64,000 nt of DNA from Penicillus capitatus. Taxonomy: Eukaryota; Plantae; Chlorophyta. Each line of letters opens with the position of its first letter. Position 1 is the first letter of the stretch. The position numbers and the translations under genes are program-made. The notes beneath the pieces were generated by a model. That model was not told the origin of the DNA, did not search any database, and saw only the letters and a program-made list of their open reading frames with translations. The stretch is taken from the NCBI GenBank assembly GCA_965649825.1, contig OZ287706.1:496001-560000 (forward strand), read 5' to 3'. Below are positions 50,700 through 64,000 of the stretch, piece by piece.

Positions 50700-52650
50700 T
50701 GCGCCAATGGACACGGAGGCTGTGCCTTTGCCATCATCATATCGCACTTCGAACAAACGCTATGTCTGTTTACGGCATTATCTCGTGTCGATAGATATAC
50801 ACTAATTGCCAACATACAATCCAGCATCGCAGATAAGCCAGTCGCATCAGATAAACGGGCGAACTGTCCCGTTCGGCGACGTGATCGATTGATTGTCGCG
50901 AATAACCACATCAAACGGCGCGATTGATGATTTCGAAGACGTGTATTTGCAGTTCCGATGATTGATGCACCGATTCCTTCTTCAAACTGTCTTACGATCA
51001 GGTTCTTACCGGTCATTATGAGAGAGATTCTTAGATCCAGGAGGGGCTTCGTCAGTGGCATGTCGCCCATGTTCTCCTGGTGGTTCGTACATCATTGGTT
51101 AGGTTCTTAGCGTCTGTGTGCATTACGTTGTTTTAAAAGTACGTGCAGGCTCGGTTCGAGACAGTTATTTCATTTTGCTTCTCTCCTGAGTATACAGAAG
51201 ATGTCTTTGCAGTATGCTGCAAATCGAAAGTAGAGTCGGCCTTCTTGGACCAGCGTTCCTAGTTCATCAATTGGCAGATCGTCTTGGTAGAACAGTTGTC
51301 TTCGTTTCTCTCCCAAGGATTCGCACTGGAGAAGGTGGTCCCTTGTTTCTCTTTGCTTCCCACACCCTCTGCATAATCCGGTGTCTATCTCGATTTCCTA
51401 GTTTCGTAGGTATTCCAACGTTGGGAGATGTCCCGAGAGTAATTGATTGATGTGTGAGATAGCTGCCCTGGTCCAGCTCAGATCTTGGAACCATGGACGT
51501 TGGTGGATACAATATTTCCAGTTCAATTGTTTCAAGAGAGTACCCCGATCACTGTTGTGCCATTGCCTCGAGGCTTGCTATCCATAGAACTGCCACGTCT
51601 TGTCTGAATCGTCGTCGTCCTACTCGGGTTTTGGCAAGTGTCGAAATCGTCTCCGCCGAGCCGTTCCTGTCTAATGGCACCTGGGATTCTTCGATACGCA
51701 TTAACTCAGCTATGAGGAAATCCGCGGACGTGAGATGAGTAGCTCCATAAGAGGGTTGATTGAAATCTTCAGCCGGTGCTGTTGACGAGACGGCGTGAAT
51801 CACTAGCGTCCACATGGCAAGGACAGATAGAGGATGAATATGCGCAAGTTGGGTGACTGCCTCCAGTGAAACTGTGGTGAGCACTCCGCTAATTGCGATT
51901 CCGGCTTGTCTAGTAATACCGTCCAGTGCTTTTTGGTTAGAAAAATACTGACACGATGGGCCCACATCGGACTTGCCTAGAGTATCATCGGTTACACACT
52001 GAAGAAAGAGTCTTCGAATGATCCTTGGCTCAGCGCCCCGGCAGATACGGGTCAGCTTGCGGATTGTTTTTAGTCGTTGCAAGCTCTTGGTGACTCTTTC
52101 TTGAATGTGTTGATCCAAATAGAGTTTCGAGTCTAGTAGGATTCCCAGGTACTTCATTTTCGGCTGAAATATGATGTTCTCTCCAAAGACACTTAGGAGA
52201 GGAGAAGAAGAGACAGAGTTGCGTCGGAAGATTGTGCCTGAGTCTTCGAAGCGTTGAGTTGTATTTCACGCTTGGAGCACTATGCTTCATTAGTGCAAAT
52301 GGTCTGTTGCAGGCGTGTGCGTTTGTCTTCAGTATCCAGTGTGTAGAGCAACAAATCATCTGCATACAAGAGCGGATGCACCTCTGGAGGATTTCAGCTA
52401 CAATGTTTTTTGAGTAGATGGTATAAAGTGTAGGGCAGAGGGGACTTCCCTGGAACAGTCCTCGTTCTGGTTGGAACTGATGTCGTTCTCTCTGTGAGCT
52501 TGTCAACGCTGATCCCTTGTGTGTGATGTTCCTTCTGGTAGTGGTTTAACCAATGTATGCGATTGTGCTCGAACGATTCGAACTGGTTTTGTAATTGGAC
52601 TGGACGAAGAACGCTAAAGTTTAACGGTCTGTGACGACGAGCAAACAAGC
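50700..52650 (-). mobile_element. Decayed, 5'-truncated non-LTR retrotransposon (LINE) reverse transcriptase
   Basis: GLFQGSPLCPTLYTIY, LYADDLLLY (YADD 52355-52366, reached by frameshift), KYLGILLDSKL..HIQ; possible decayed CxxC knuckle near 50750. Confidence 0.85.
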
Positions 52651-52985
52651 GTGCGTGGGTTCCTGCGCTAACAGGAATGAACGCCAGGATTCATGTTCCA
52701 AGAGCTTAAGCCTTTACATGACTGTTTTGGTGGCGCATGAGGCCTCAAAGTACTCTAGGAAATAGTTATGAGATGAAGCGATGGACAGTCATCGAGTGGA
52801 ATGATGACAGTCGTCTACTATCGTTCGACGAATGGCGTCAAGCCCTCTCTAACGTCCATCGTTCGACAAAACATAATCTTGGACAGTGGAAGCTGGAGAT
52901 AGATATCAAATGACAGGGTCAAAAAGATATGAGAATGGCTGTCAGGATCGAAGCAGGCGCAGAGCGTTAGGCCCATTCCTCCTGC

Positions 52986-53948
52986 TCAGTTGTTGGTTGC
53001 ATCACCTCCTCCTCCGGTGTTTGCAATAACTAAATAGGCAAACAAAATGAGTGTCAGCGGATGTGACAGGGAAGGGAGATGCTCTTACCATCACCGACAA
53101 CTTATGCAGGGAGGATCCCTCATACTCTCAGTGGTGACTATGAGGACACCATTCTCAACTTCCACTACGATATCTGCCACGGCAGCTCCTGGTGTCACGA
53201 GTGCGAGTGCAACGGTGAAGAATTCAACAAAAGGCACTGCAAGCGCCTGAGAGACGATTGAGGTGTATTCCACAGCATCGAACACTCCAGTGCCGCACAC
53301 TTGCGTCTCGGAGACAGCGTAAGCGCTGACCGTCGCTGCCGCAATCGCATCAATGGCAAACTGAGCCTGAGCAAAGTTGATGTCATTCGATGCTTGCGCG
53401 AAGACCTAGATCGAAATGGATGAGCTGGTGGAGATTGGAACGGGGGTGCGGAGCTTACCTCGACGATGACTCGGGCAACAGCGGTTGCGGTCGCCTCAGC
53501 CTCGGCACTGGCCGACACGCAGAGAGCAGCTCCGGGAGAAGTGGATTCGATAGAGACGAATGTATCGGCCAGTGCTCGGGCCACGGCAAGTGCAAAAGCT
53601 TCTGCTTCCACGACTGCGATGGCCAACGCGTCTCCGAAGCCTTCGACGTCGGCGATGGCGGCCGCAAGTGCGAAAACAAGTGCATTGCGGGCGATGGCTA
53701 CGGCTTCTCCAATTGCCCTGGCATCAATTGAGACTGTGCCTGGCGCTGAAACAGTTAAACTCCCACGGAGGGTTGCCGTGGCTCCCTGTTCGGTTTGCTT
53801 CAAAGCCCTCGACACGGTCGTTTCTAAATTGCGCACCTGTGCTCAGCAACACAGTCAGGCCACACATGCTTCTTCATGCGAACAAACATACGGCGAAGAC
53901 ATGTGCGCAGAGCAACAAGCAGAGAACGGAAATGGCCTTCGTTGCCAT
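52986..53948 (-). CDS. Secreted Ala/Val-rich protein; multi-exon
   Basis: MATKAISVLCLLLCAHVFA signal-peptide exon, phase-0 introns (gtatgt ~53890, gtaag ~53455), long A/V/S-rich exons with AEAEATATAVA-type repeats. Confidence 0.7.
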
Positions 53949-54843
53949 CTTAACTGATCGTCTTCTTGAAAAGGCGCGTTTAGATATAAGCTCCGAGGCG
54001 GGCAGGTAAGAATTCGTTTGACTGATAGAAGAAACTTTGTCTCTCAAACACTTGTTGTTGGACAGACTGCGTCGGAACGCAATTTATACTCGGGCAGCGC
54101 CGGTCGCAGCATCCTGGCTCCAAACCCGCGGGAAGGCGGTAGGAAGACACGCTGACGCGTGTTAACACGATGACAGCTCATCATGCTGTATCGCATCGTT
54201 AGATGCACCGCCTGAGTAGTCCGTTGTCACAACGCCCACGCATTCAACAGCTGTCGCGAAGTGTACCGTGTATCCATCCCACTATCGGCATGGGTCTCTT
54301 GTCAAAAGTAAGCATACCAGTCGGAACTGTGAATTTCACAGAGTCAGTGATACGCACAGCTGGTTTCCCACAACGTCCGAATGACAGCGGTGACTTTCTA
54401 GGTAGTGGACCGATGCCAACTGTCTCTCACGCGAAGCACCATTCAATGTCCATGTTTAGAAAGCCGTAAAGAATCCCTCGCTGACCGTGAGCGCACTTAG
54501 TGGCCATCGCGTGGCGACAGAAACGTTTTGCGACTGGATAAGACCTGCCGATCCATCCACAGTGAACATCTAACGTCACGTGGGTGTATCATAAAAGATC
54601 GATCGTGCATGCAGGACGTCCCGCAGAGCAACATGACTGTGTCGCACGTCAAAGACAACGACTCTTGGGAAGGACAGCGATGCATTGAGTGTCCTTGTAG
54701 ATGAAGATGTGACGTTCCTCGAGCAACTTCAGCTGCAGATGGAGGAACCCTTATCGCAACGATAGAGACACGTTCTCGAGACATAGTCATTCGCTGTCGA
54801 TAAGATTGGCAAGTGTAAAATACGCATCGTCGTCTAACGTCTA

Positions 54844-55760
<917 letters not shown>

Positions 55761-55789
55761 TAGGACTCCTAAGAGGCGTTCCTCTCGTC

Positions 55790-56800
55790 TGAATCACGGA
55801 AGGCGGCCCGGAAACCCAGGTGAGTGGAAAAGGCGAGGAATCAAAGGTCCTTTAAGTCCGACGCGGCTCTTTATTGTAGCTTATTGGAGAGCGTATTTTC
55901 TATTTGTTGCATTGCTCACCCTGAGAGCGCATGGCAATCGTGTTTACACGTACTTGTGGGGACATCTAACTCGACTTTCAAGTTTCTACTTGTTCCTCTT
56001 TGGTATCTCGCGGACGCATTCGCCACTTACAGCACACAGGAGAAATCAGTCTCGGCCAGACTCGCAAAGATGCGTCTAGAATAGCTCGACGAAGTCCAAG
56101 TACACTCTCGTAATCTCCTCCCTATCGTCGAAGTAGAAGTCTACGTCTGTGAGAGAACGCCTCGAGAGGTGAAAGGCGATGTGGTGAATTAGGAGAAACG
56201 CAGAAACGGACAGGATCTTGCAGAAGTTGACAAGAGTCGTCACACGAGCACGGTCGTTGCGCGTTAAAGTCGTCAGGAGAGTCGTCACGGATGCACGGGA
56301 GGAGGCGAAGTGGCACCAGAGTCGTCAACAAAGTCGTCACGGACGACGCGGATACGGCGAATACGGTGGGCATATGTTGAAGTCGGCGCGTTCTCGATCG
56401 TGGGGATCGAGCCGTATGCGGATGGTGCAGTTGGCCAGTTCGAGAAGTACGACCGCGGGGGTTCGATTCCTGCGCCGGACACAGAGGAGGGTAGTCCCAT
56501 CAGAGTTGACCCGGATGTGTCTGGCGAGCCCGCGCCGAGTTGGATGGGTTACGGCGGGGAAAGGACAACGTCGAGCCAGTTCGGGGGCCGACGATGGAGT
56601 CACCACCCGGACAAAAACTTTTGTCCTCTTGCCCTTTGATTCTTTTCGCCGTCGAAAACAGAGCTGTAAAGATTTCTTTCGTATCCGTCACGTGCGCCGC
56701 CGTCGCCTATCGCGAAAAGCAGACTTCGCTACACAAACCGAACTCCGGTTGTTCTGTGTTGACCGAAGTTTTTAATCACACATTCAGGTGTTCTGTATGG
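55790..56800 (-). pseudogene. GNOM/GBF-type ARF-GEF remnant, copy D (core plus Sec7 start)
   Basis: 56020-56340 closely matches 24500-24830; 55890-56030 matches 40350-40490; core 56400-56650 matches the other three copies. Confidence 0.75.
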
Positions 56801-57766
56801 TTTTTGCGATTCCAATTCGCTTTTTACGATTTTTCCTGGTGTTTCGATAGAAAACGGTACGGGACCAAAATCGCCCGAGACTTCTCTTGAAACCTATTCT
56901 TCGAGTAATTGCAAAACTTGTAAGATCGGCCTCTATTTGCCTAAAATGTTGATCACAATGGCAGCCTTCGTTGCTCGCGCAAGATGTGAGTCGACAATGC
57001 TATGAATGTTCAGTTTCCATGGATCATTAGGTGCGATCGCCGAATAAATTCAGCGACAAGTTTACGTCCTCTTATCTCCGTTCACGCTACAAAGACACCG
57101 AAGATCGGACTCTAAACGTGCATTTTGTCGAAGGTTGGATTACATAGCTAGGGGATGATAACGCGAAGCGACACAAGATCTGTCGTTTTATTCCTTTTTA
57201 ACTGTTAACTGAGCACACGAAGCACTACTTCGTTCGCTTCGTGCCCCGTGAACGGCGATATCAAAGAGCGTTGATTGAAATCAGTAAGGAGTTACGAAGC
57301 CAATTAAAACGTCGGCACCACAACAAAGGTGTCCATCCATGTCCTTGTGCTTCTAGCCTTTTTCTGTCAAGCAAACGTCGCTGTAAGGCTGGAACGTGTC
57401 GAACGAATGAATATTCACAAGCGGTGAACAAATCGCTCGTCGATATCTTCTGCTTTGGTGCCCGCTCGTTAACTGATTCGTCGAGCCCTCACAAGTTCTC
57501 CATTCGATAGTCGCTCCTGAGTAAGAGAAACAGCAGGAGCTTTACTTTCCAGTCAATGCGTGCCGTATATCGATAAGGCAATATGTTTCTTGCGGATCGA
57601 CTTTTGCCTCAGCTGGTTGTTTCGATGCATTCCAGGATCCTCTTATCGCTTCCTCAAGGGCGAGAGCCATGTGTTCACGATGACGAATGCCGAAAATGAC
57701 ACACGACGATTCCCAGTCCACCAGATGACATCATTTCCAAACGCGCGTCTTCATTCTGCCAAATAG

Positions 57767-58159
57767 ATGTCTGCGTTGTCCGTGCGCTCTCCTCCGTCGC
57801 TGCGTCCTGCGGCGCCATGTCGAACGGCACGCGTCGCGATGAGGCCAATGCAGCCGACGATCCAAACACGCGAGATGACTGTCGTCTATGCCAATCCAGT
57901 GGTCGAAGAGATGGCGAATATGACGGAAGTGGATCTCATGAATGAAGTGTTCTCTCTGAAAGAGGAGCTGTATACGTTACGTGCGAAACGTGGCGTTGGA
58001 GAGAAGGTCGAGACCAAACTCTTTCGCCAGCACAGAAAGCGAATCGCCCAGCTGATGACGGTGAAGAGGAAGAAAGAGATCGAGCGTGGCATTTCCAAAA
58101 GAGAATCGCGCAAGATCGAAAAGAACAATCTTCTCAAGGCAGGTGCCTGGGTGCGCTAA
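57767..58159 (+). CDS. RPL29: Plastid 50S ribosomal protein uL29c; intronless
   Basis: Transit peptide, EVFSLKEELYTLR, FRQHRKRIAQLMTVKRKKEIERGISKRESRK. Confidence 0.93.
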   Translation: MSALSVRSPPSLRPAAPCRTARVAMRPMQPTIQTREMTVVYANPVVEEMANMTEVDLMNEVFSLKEELYTLRAKRGVGEKVETKLFRQHRKRIAQLMTVKRKKEIERGISKRESRKIEKNNLLKAGAWVR

Positions 58160-58870
58160 GCAAAAATTTCTCACAGTCTGAGAGAAAAGGGATTTTGCAA
58201 TGTAATGCACTCAGACTCAGTTTTGCGTCCTGCTGGGTCACGGCACGCATGAAAGCTAACTTATAGGCTCTCGAAACAGAACGGAGATTGAGTGCAGTCG
58301 CATATCTACTGGCAGGATGGTATCGTGTTCGCTCTTCCTTTTACACCATCGCCGTCGAGCTGCGCTCTCTTCTATGTACACAGCATGTCCTCGAGATCTG
58401 TTGGATTGATCGTCCGTACAAATCTGCTCGCAGAGGCAGTTACACAGAAGCGACAGAGAGTCCGTCGTGCATGTCTAATCGTAAGATGATCATTATTGGA
58501 TGTCATCGATGCTTAGCAGGATTCGAACAGCTCCTGTCCCTATCTATGCCTTGAATGGATATCTTGGTATATATGCTTGATCGTCAGAACGTGACGGTGA
58601 AGTGACAGTTTGCTGATGTTGAATCATCGGCCATCGTATCACGCACACTTCTAAAACTCAAGCGCTATTTGCAGAAGGAATCACGATCGTCCGTTCAGCG
58701 AGAATGAAAGTCTAGTGCTGCCATCCGTACTCTCTACATGACGCATCCGTTGTTCGCTGCACAGTTCAGAATACTGTGATCCGCGCTCAAAGAATCGAGT
58801 GGTTCATAGATTCGACTTGGAGAATGATCAAGAGGCCAACAGATGGATTGCAGAGATAGAAGAACATCCT

Positions 58871-61800
58871 TCACCACGAATGCGGATTCTGCAGTTTTTC
58901 CTGTACAGTCGGCTCCACACCTGCCCACACGCCATCCCATTCATTTCTGGACTCCAGAAGCTGTTGTAGGCGCTGCATAACGTCACGGATATCCGATTTC
59001 AATGATTCCGGCATTCCACGGGACCAGGAAGCCACAGCAGCGCAGAGTGAAGGAAAGGAATAGGCAGCTGCATTCAGATTGAGAGAAACGGTTTTCATCA
59101 GTCCAGTAAACGCTTGCTCCTTCTCGATATCATCGCGAATATTGCGCAGCATTTCGCACCAGATCCCGACGAAGTGATGCAGATGCGATGCGAGATCTTG
59201 AGCACAGACAAGAGCAACCCGTCCCAGACAGATGGCGGCGTTCTCGCTCAGATTCCTCGGTAAACAGCGAGCGTGGACGAGGACATTGACAGAGCTCTCG
59301 ACGATTTTTAACGCCATCGGTTGAAGTTCCTCCCGTGTACAGTGAATAGCGATTTCGCCTAGTGCCCAACACGCATTGTTGCTGGCCGACAGCGACGGCT
59401 GGATGAGCATCTCGTGTGCAAAGTTCTTGACGCAGAGTGTACAGAAGTCCATGTTACGGGGACGGATGTGCGACGGGCAGATCTTTGCCATCTCTCCCAA
59501 CAAAGCAAAGGCACTCTGTCGAATGTCCGAGTCTGGTGACTCGCAACAACAGTAGACGGCCGTACTGAGTTGCGCTTGATGGACGAGGAACTCCGATGAG
59601 GCGCCGACGCCTTCGATCAGACCGGATATCAGATCGAGAGCACTGATGATGAAACTGCTGTCTGCGGAAGATCCAGAGATGCCCGATTCTTCAGCACTGA
59701 ATGCCTGTAGCTGTGTGTTCAGGATTCGAACGCATCGTTCGAAAATGGGAACCGTATATTCTTCGAAAGCTTTGCCAAGAGATGTTGCCAGCACAGCAAA
59801 GCATGCAAAGAGCGGCTGGAGTTCCTTATCGTCATCCTCGTACCGTTGATTCAGATCGAGCAGAGGCGACATGATGATCGCGCGGTTCTCAGGCTCAGCG
59901 ATCCTTGACCCTAATCTCTCTGCCAGAATCCCGATTGCATCGTAGGACATGCGAAGGTTACGCCTTCCGTAATGTCGGCATGTCTGCGCCAAGTGTTGCA
60001 GAATCGTCTAAACAGAGAACAAAGATGAAGGGCGAAAAGGCGATCCGTTGTACCGACCTTGAGCCTTGGCAGCAACGCAGCACCGGCATACTCCTCGATC
60101 GTCGCCAGGGCACTGCACGCTGCTAACTGAACTTGACGATTGTTATCGTGCAGCGCGTTCAGGACGGCATCAAAGATGGCCGATACGATCTCTTCTCCTG
60201 TTTGGGTGGCATAAGCGTGATCGATGATGCGCTCGGCATACCGACTGAGAGACCAACAAGATATAATCCGCACGAGAGGATCGCTATCGGTCGTTCTCGA
60301 GAGAATCTCATCGAGAACATGTTTGAGCATCGGTTGTAGGGCGGAACGGCATCCATCGGAAATGGCACCCAGGACGAGAATGGCACACTCTCGATGTTTC
60401 CAGTCCGGACTTCGGGTCTTCCTTTGAATGAGAGGAAAGACGTGCTGCAGCAATTCGCTGCCGAACATCGTCGAGAGTTTGTCCAGGCCGGCTGCGCTGC
60501 ATTTCCTCAGTGTCCAACTGTGGCAGGTGTCTGCATCAAGCTCCGTGACTTGAATGCCGTCTCCCGTTGCAACAAACGGCCGGAGTTGGCTATCGTCTTC
60601 CTGCTGAACCTCATCCGCTTCTCTCGCTGATGTGACAGCCTCGTCATCGTCCTCGTAGACCTGGACCCACATGTCAGGCGACGACAACTTGTGTAAGAGA
60701 CGTGCCATGTTGTTCAAGAGAATCGGCAGTAGTTCGCCCAGCTTTGGTTGCAACTCCGTCGGATCTAAGCTGGCGTCCACAAATGCCACCCAGAACTCAC
60801 AAGACTCCATAACGATGGCCACCTCTGTCTGTTTTGTACAGTCTAACATAAACTGAATGACATGCCTGAGATGCGGCTTTATAAACCCTTGATGATAGAC
60901 AATGAGCTGTGTCATGCCATAGCACACCTCTCTACGAATACGAATCTCTGGATCTGCATTCAGGACAAAGATTCCTTCTCTGTATCTGATAGAACAAAAG
61001 CTGACGACAGGAAAGCGGCGACGGTTGGAAAGCACTGTTCGATGATATGTTCGTGGGACGGCGGAATGTGTCCGATCAAGATGTTCATAACGGACAGAGC
61101 CAGTCGTCGAATGTCATTGTCCTCGCACATAAAGTGCTGCATAATCGAGTAGATAAGCTGAAGCACCACTTCGTTCTCGACCAGAATCGGTTCGAAGGCC
61201 TCGGGGCAATCCTCACAGATCTGAGACCTGTCTTCCTTCCATGGAACGTTCCCAGAGAGCACATACCTTGAAGATGGTGTCCAGGGCGCTTTCCTTTTGA
61301 TAGAGTTCGCCAGAGGCCAGCAGCTGCGCCAGATGATGCAGCAAAGCGTCTTGCCGGACGAGCCCCGTTGAACAGACGATGGCAGATATCACTGTCCCGG
61401 CTGTCTGTCGCAGACAGCGTGCGACTGGAAGACTCAACGCCTGCAGAACGGAGGCCTACGCATCATGAATGCACGTGACGCCTGCCATCGTGTTCGTTTC
61501 CATACATGGATGTATTTGAGATGGTCTCCAGGAAGGAACTGCATTTGGGAGCGGATTTTGTTTTTCAGCAGCAATCCTGCACATTGTCGCACCTGCATGC
61601 CTATTGCTCAGCTTCTCCTCTGCGTGCAGCGGTCCTTACTTCGCTCGGGAAATTGTCGCCATGTGCCAAAAGAAAGGCCAGATAGTTGCTGAATTCTGGC
61701 TGAGTGCAATACTCTTCGATACGTTGATATATCTACACTGAGTGAGGTTAGGCGTTGTCTCCTCAGTCCATGTCACGTGAGAGTGATTGGCACTTGGCGT

Positions 61801-61872
61801 TTGGTATTCAGATAGCAACGCACATATCTCCTTCAGACCGTCGTCTCGTGGAATCCAGTGCGGAACGTCCAT
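58871..61872 (-). CDS. TRN1: Transportin-1 (importin-beta family); multi-exon
   Basis: WIPRDDGLKEICALL, FCNYLA region, acidic H8 loop ending in WTLRKCSAAGLDKLS, RECAILVLGAISDGC, VRIISCWSLSRY, NNACWALGEIA, ENAAICLGRV. Confidence 0.95.
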
Positions 61873-61923
61873 CGCGGAGCGCTGCCGATGATCGAACCTA
61901 AATGAATCGCGTTTCTCGGCGCG

Positions 61924-63476
61924 ATGAACGCTGGAGAGATACAGTATAGGAAGGAGTGGAACGCATGGCAGGCTGCGAAAACGGACGCTGAGAGAAACCA
62001 GCTGTTCAAATGTCTGACACTCAAGACGATTGTACGGGTCAGATCACGACCGCCACTTCTGCACCAAAGACGCTCCTTTGCTCGCATCTCATACAGGAGA
62101 ACAGCAATGAACCCGTCGCCTGTCTGCGATATAATGGCACCGCTCCAGAGTTTTATCATCTGTTTGCCGCCGCCGGCGGCCGTCAGGTGGGAAGAATCAG
62201 CTGAAGGCGAAGTCATGTTGTGATCTGTGGGTTAATCAGGTTACGGTGTACGATGATGCTCACCTCGGCGGGTATCTTCGAGTGGTCATGCAGTTATTGA
62301 ATGTCGAGACGACAGAGACGAAGGGAGGGGTAAGAACAGAAGCCGTAGCTGTACGTACGTACCACGTGCTCGTCATAGGGACTGCATTGCTGCGCGTGGC
62401 TTTTGGAAACGGAGACGAATTTCGCCTATCTGGTCCCTTGACCAGTCTATGGTCTTTCTATGTGAAGCTTGTGTTAGGCAGTTGCCGGCGAAGATCCCAA
62501 CATCACGATCATCAGTCTGGCCGATTCCGCCGTCGTATCTCTGCTGAGAGGTATGGTTGACAAGAGAGCGCGCAGAATGTGTTTCTTCGATGGCAGGCCA
62601 CGAAGATGAAGTCGTAGCCTTGGAAGCAGCCCCAGTTTACGGCGGCCGATGTCTCGTCGCCTCTCTCGATGTCTGCGGCGTTCTGAAGATTTGGGATGTG
62701 TTTCAGAGCAGATGTCTTTACACCATGGCTTCAGATATACGCACCATGGTAGATGTTCGTCACCCTCTGTCGATCCACCTTCCGAATGTCTGCTGTGAAG
62801 ATTTATCATCGAGAGAAACAGAGCATCATTGCCAGCAGTCAGAATTCGGTGTTGTGCTTGGAGCTGCAACAAGAAACGACGTCATCTGATGATCTCGCTG
62901 TCCGTACATCGACTCTGCCGTTGCCCGGGGAACTGCAGTCAGAGATGAACGGCTCAGAGATCAATGCCTTTCACCATGTCTCAAGTCGGCTGACTTCTGG
63001 TAAACCTATACAGGCTGAGAGATGCTTCTGGTTGTTCAGTGAATGTTCTGGCGATATGCTTGAACAATGGCACGGTACATCTCCTGAAGTATGATGATAG
63101 TGGTCGCACACATGTTCATGTCACGATTGACCAACAGAAAAGCGTGTCATGGGCGACGACGCGTTTGGGGGACGTTTTGTGTCTCGGTTTGCCAAAACAA
63201 GAAGATTCGAACAACACCGACGTGTGGGCTGCTTTAGGCAGCGATGATGGAGCGGTGAAGATTTATGATGTGACCTGTGGAGAGGAAATCGCATGCCTCG
63301 AAGTGCCTCAGCGGCTGAAGGGCGTTGTCCATGCGTGTGCACTGTCAGCCGATCACATGACAGTTCTGGTCGCTGTCTCGACTGGTTACATATGTCGCTT
63401 TGAGTACCAAATGCACAGAAATCAGACGCAAGCGACAAATCTGGAAAGAGCACCTCAGACGACTCTCTCCTCATGA
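61924..63476 (+). CDS. EED/ESC/FIE-like WD40-repeat protein; multi-exon
   Basis: IQENSNEPVACLRYN..FYHLFAAAGGRQ|VTVYD resembles the first FIE blade; GHEDEVVAL..LKIWD and GSDDGAVKIYD WD repeats. Confidence 0.6.
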
Positions 63477-64000
63477 GTATCGAGCGATATGCATGTCGAA
63501 GAAGCCGTACTCGTCTAGTCAATACCTGGTACACTTGACCTAACGTGCAGATCTCTCCACTTCGAAGCACGGGCGGCTACATGTGCCACTCTAGATGGAC
63601 GAATCCATCCGTTTTTGCATAGTGTTTTCTGATGCGCGTCTGCTGGTAGACACAACGTGGTCGACTGATAGCACCTCTGATCTGTAAGTGATGTGTCCCT
63701 TCGATTGACCCCAATGACGACATCTCTCTTTACGGTGTTGTTGCTTCGCTGCCAGATGCACACGTAAAGCCATTTGTCCGGCCGATGCTTCGGATAGGGC
63801 TGTCATTTTTGGCAGTGAATCAATGTGGGCCGTCCTAGTGCCGCCGTCGTACAATGTCTTGACCACTTTAGCCTCTCATTCACATCGCTATTTGCTTTGT
63901 TCCAGACGTGCGCGTCTGGGAAGTGTCGCTTTTGACATTGACATGTGGAAACCTCTGCTGTTCCCCGTTCTCCTTCTATGGACCGTGGCGTCCGTCCGTT

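Noticed and set aside
63591-64000. Minus-strand ORF at the right edge
   Set aside because: Truncated by the window edge with no recognisable motif.

Overview
Gene-dense eukaryotic nuclear DNA: compact genes with short GT-AG introns (mostly about 45-60 nt), the standard genetic code, canonical EF-1alpha and nucleus-encoded plastid proteins. This points to a green alga, by inference a siphonous ulvophyte (Bryopsidales-like). Apparently intact genes: Mpo1-like, ataxin-2-like, EF1A, an EEP-family protein, bL21, MetAP2, YaaW-like, a trypsin-like/trefoil protein, TRAPPC6, a U-box protein, an API5-like/RRM/repeat/SPOC protein, HROB-like, Coa1-like, UBC9, RbfA, a Cys/Trp-repeat membrane protein, an Ala-rich secreted protein, plastid uL29, transportin-1 and an EED/FIE-like WD40 protein. 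Between them lie many decayed gene fragments, several retaining introns: histone H3.3, Trp/Tyr permease, DOT1-like methyltransferase, SRPK-like kinase x2, RidA, LysRS, a 5'-truncated LINE, and four copies of a GNOM/GBF-type ARF-GEF segment. The most striking observation concerns those four ARF-GEF remnants. They are patchworks of each other and share a nearly invariant core of about 260 bp. Read antisense, that core carries Pol III A/B-box-like motifs, several hairpins and a T4 run, making it a candidate SINE-like or structured RNA. All family assignments are from motif recognition by eye; no searches were run, and exon boundaries are approximate.
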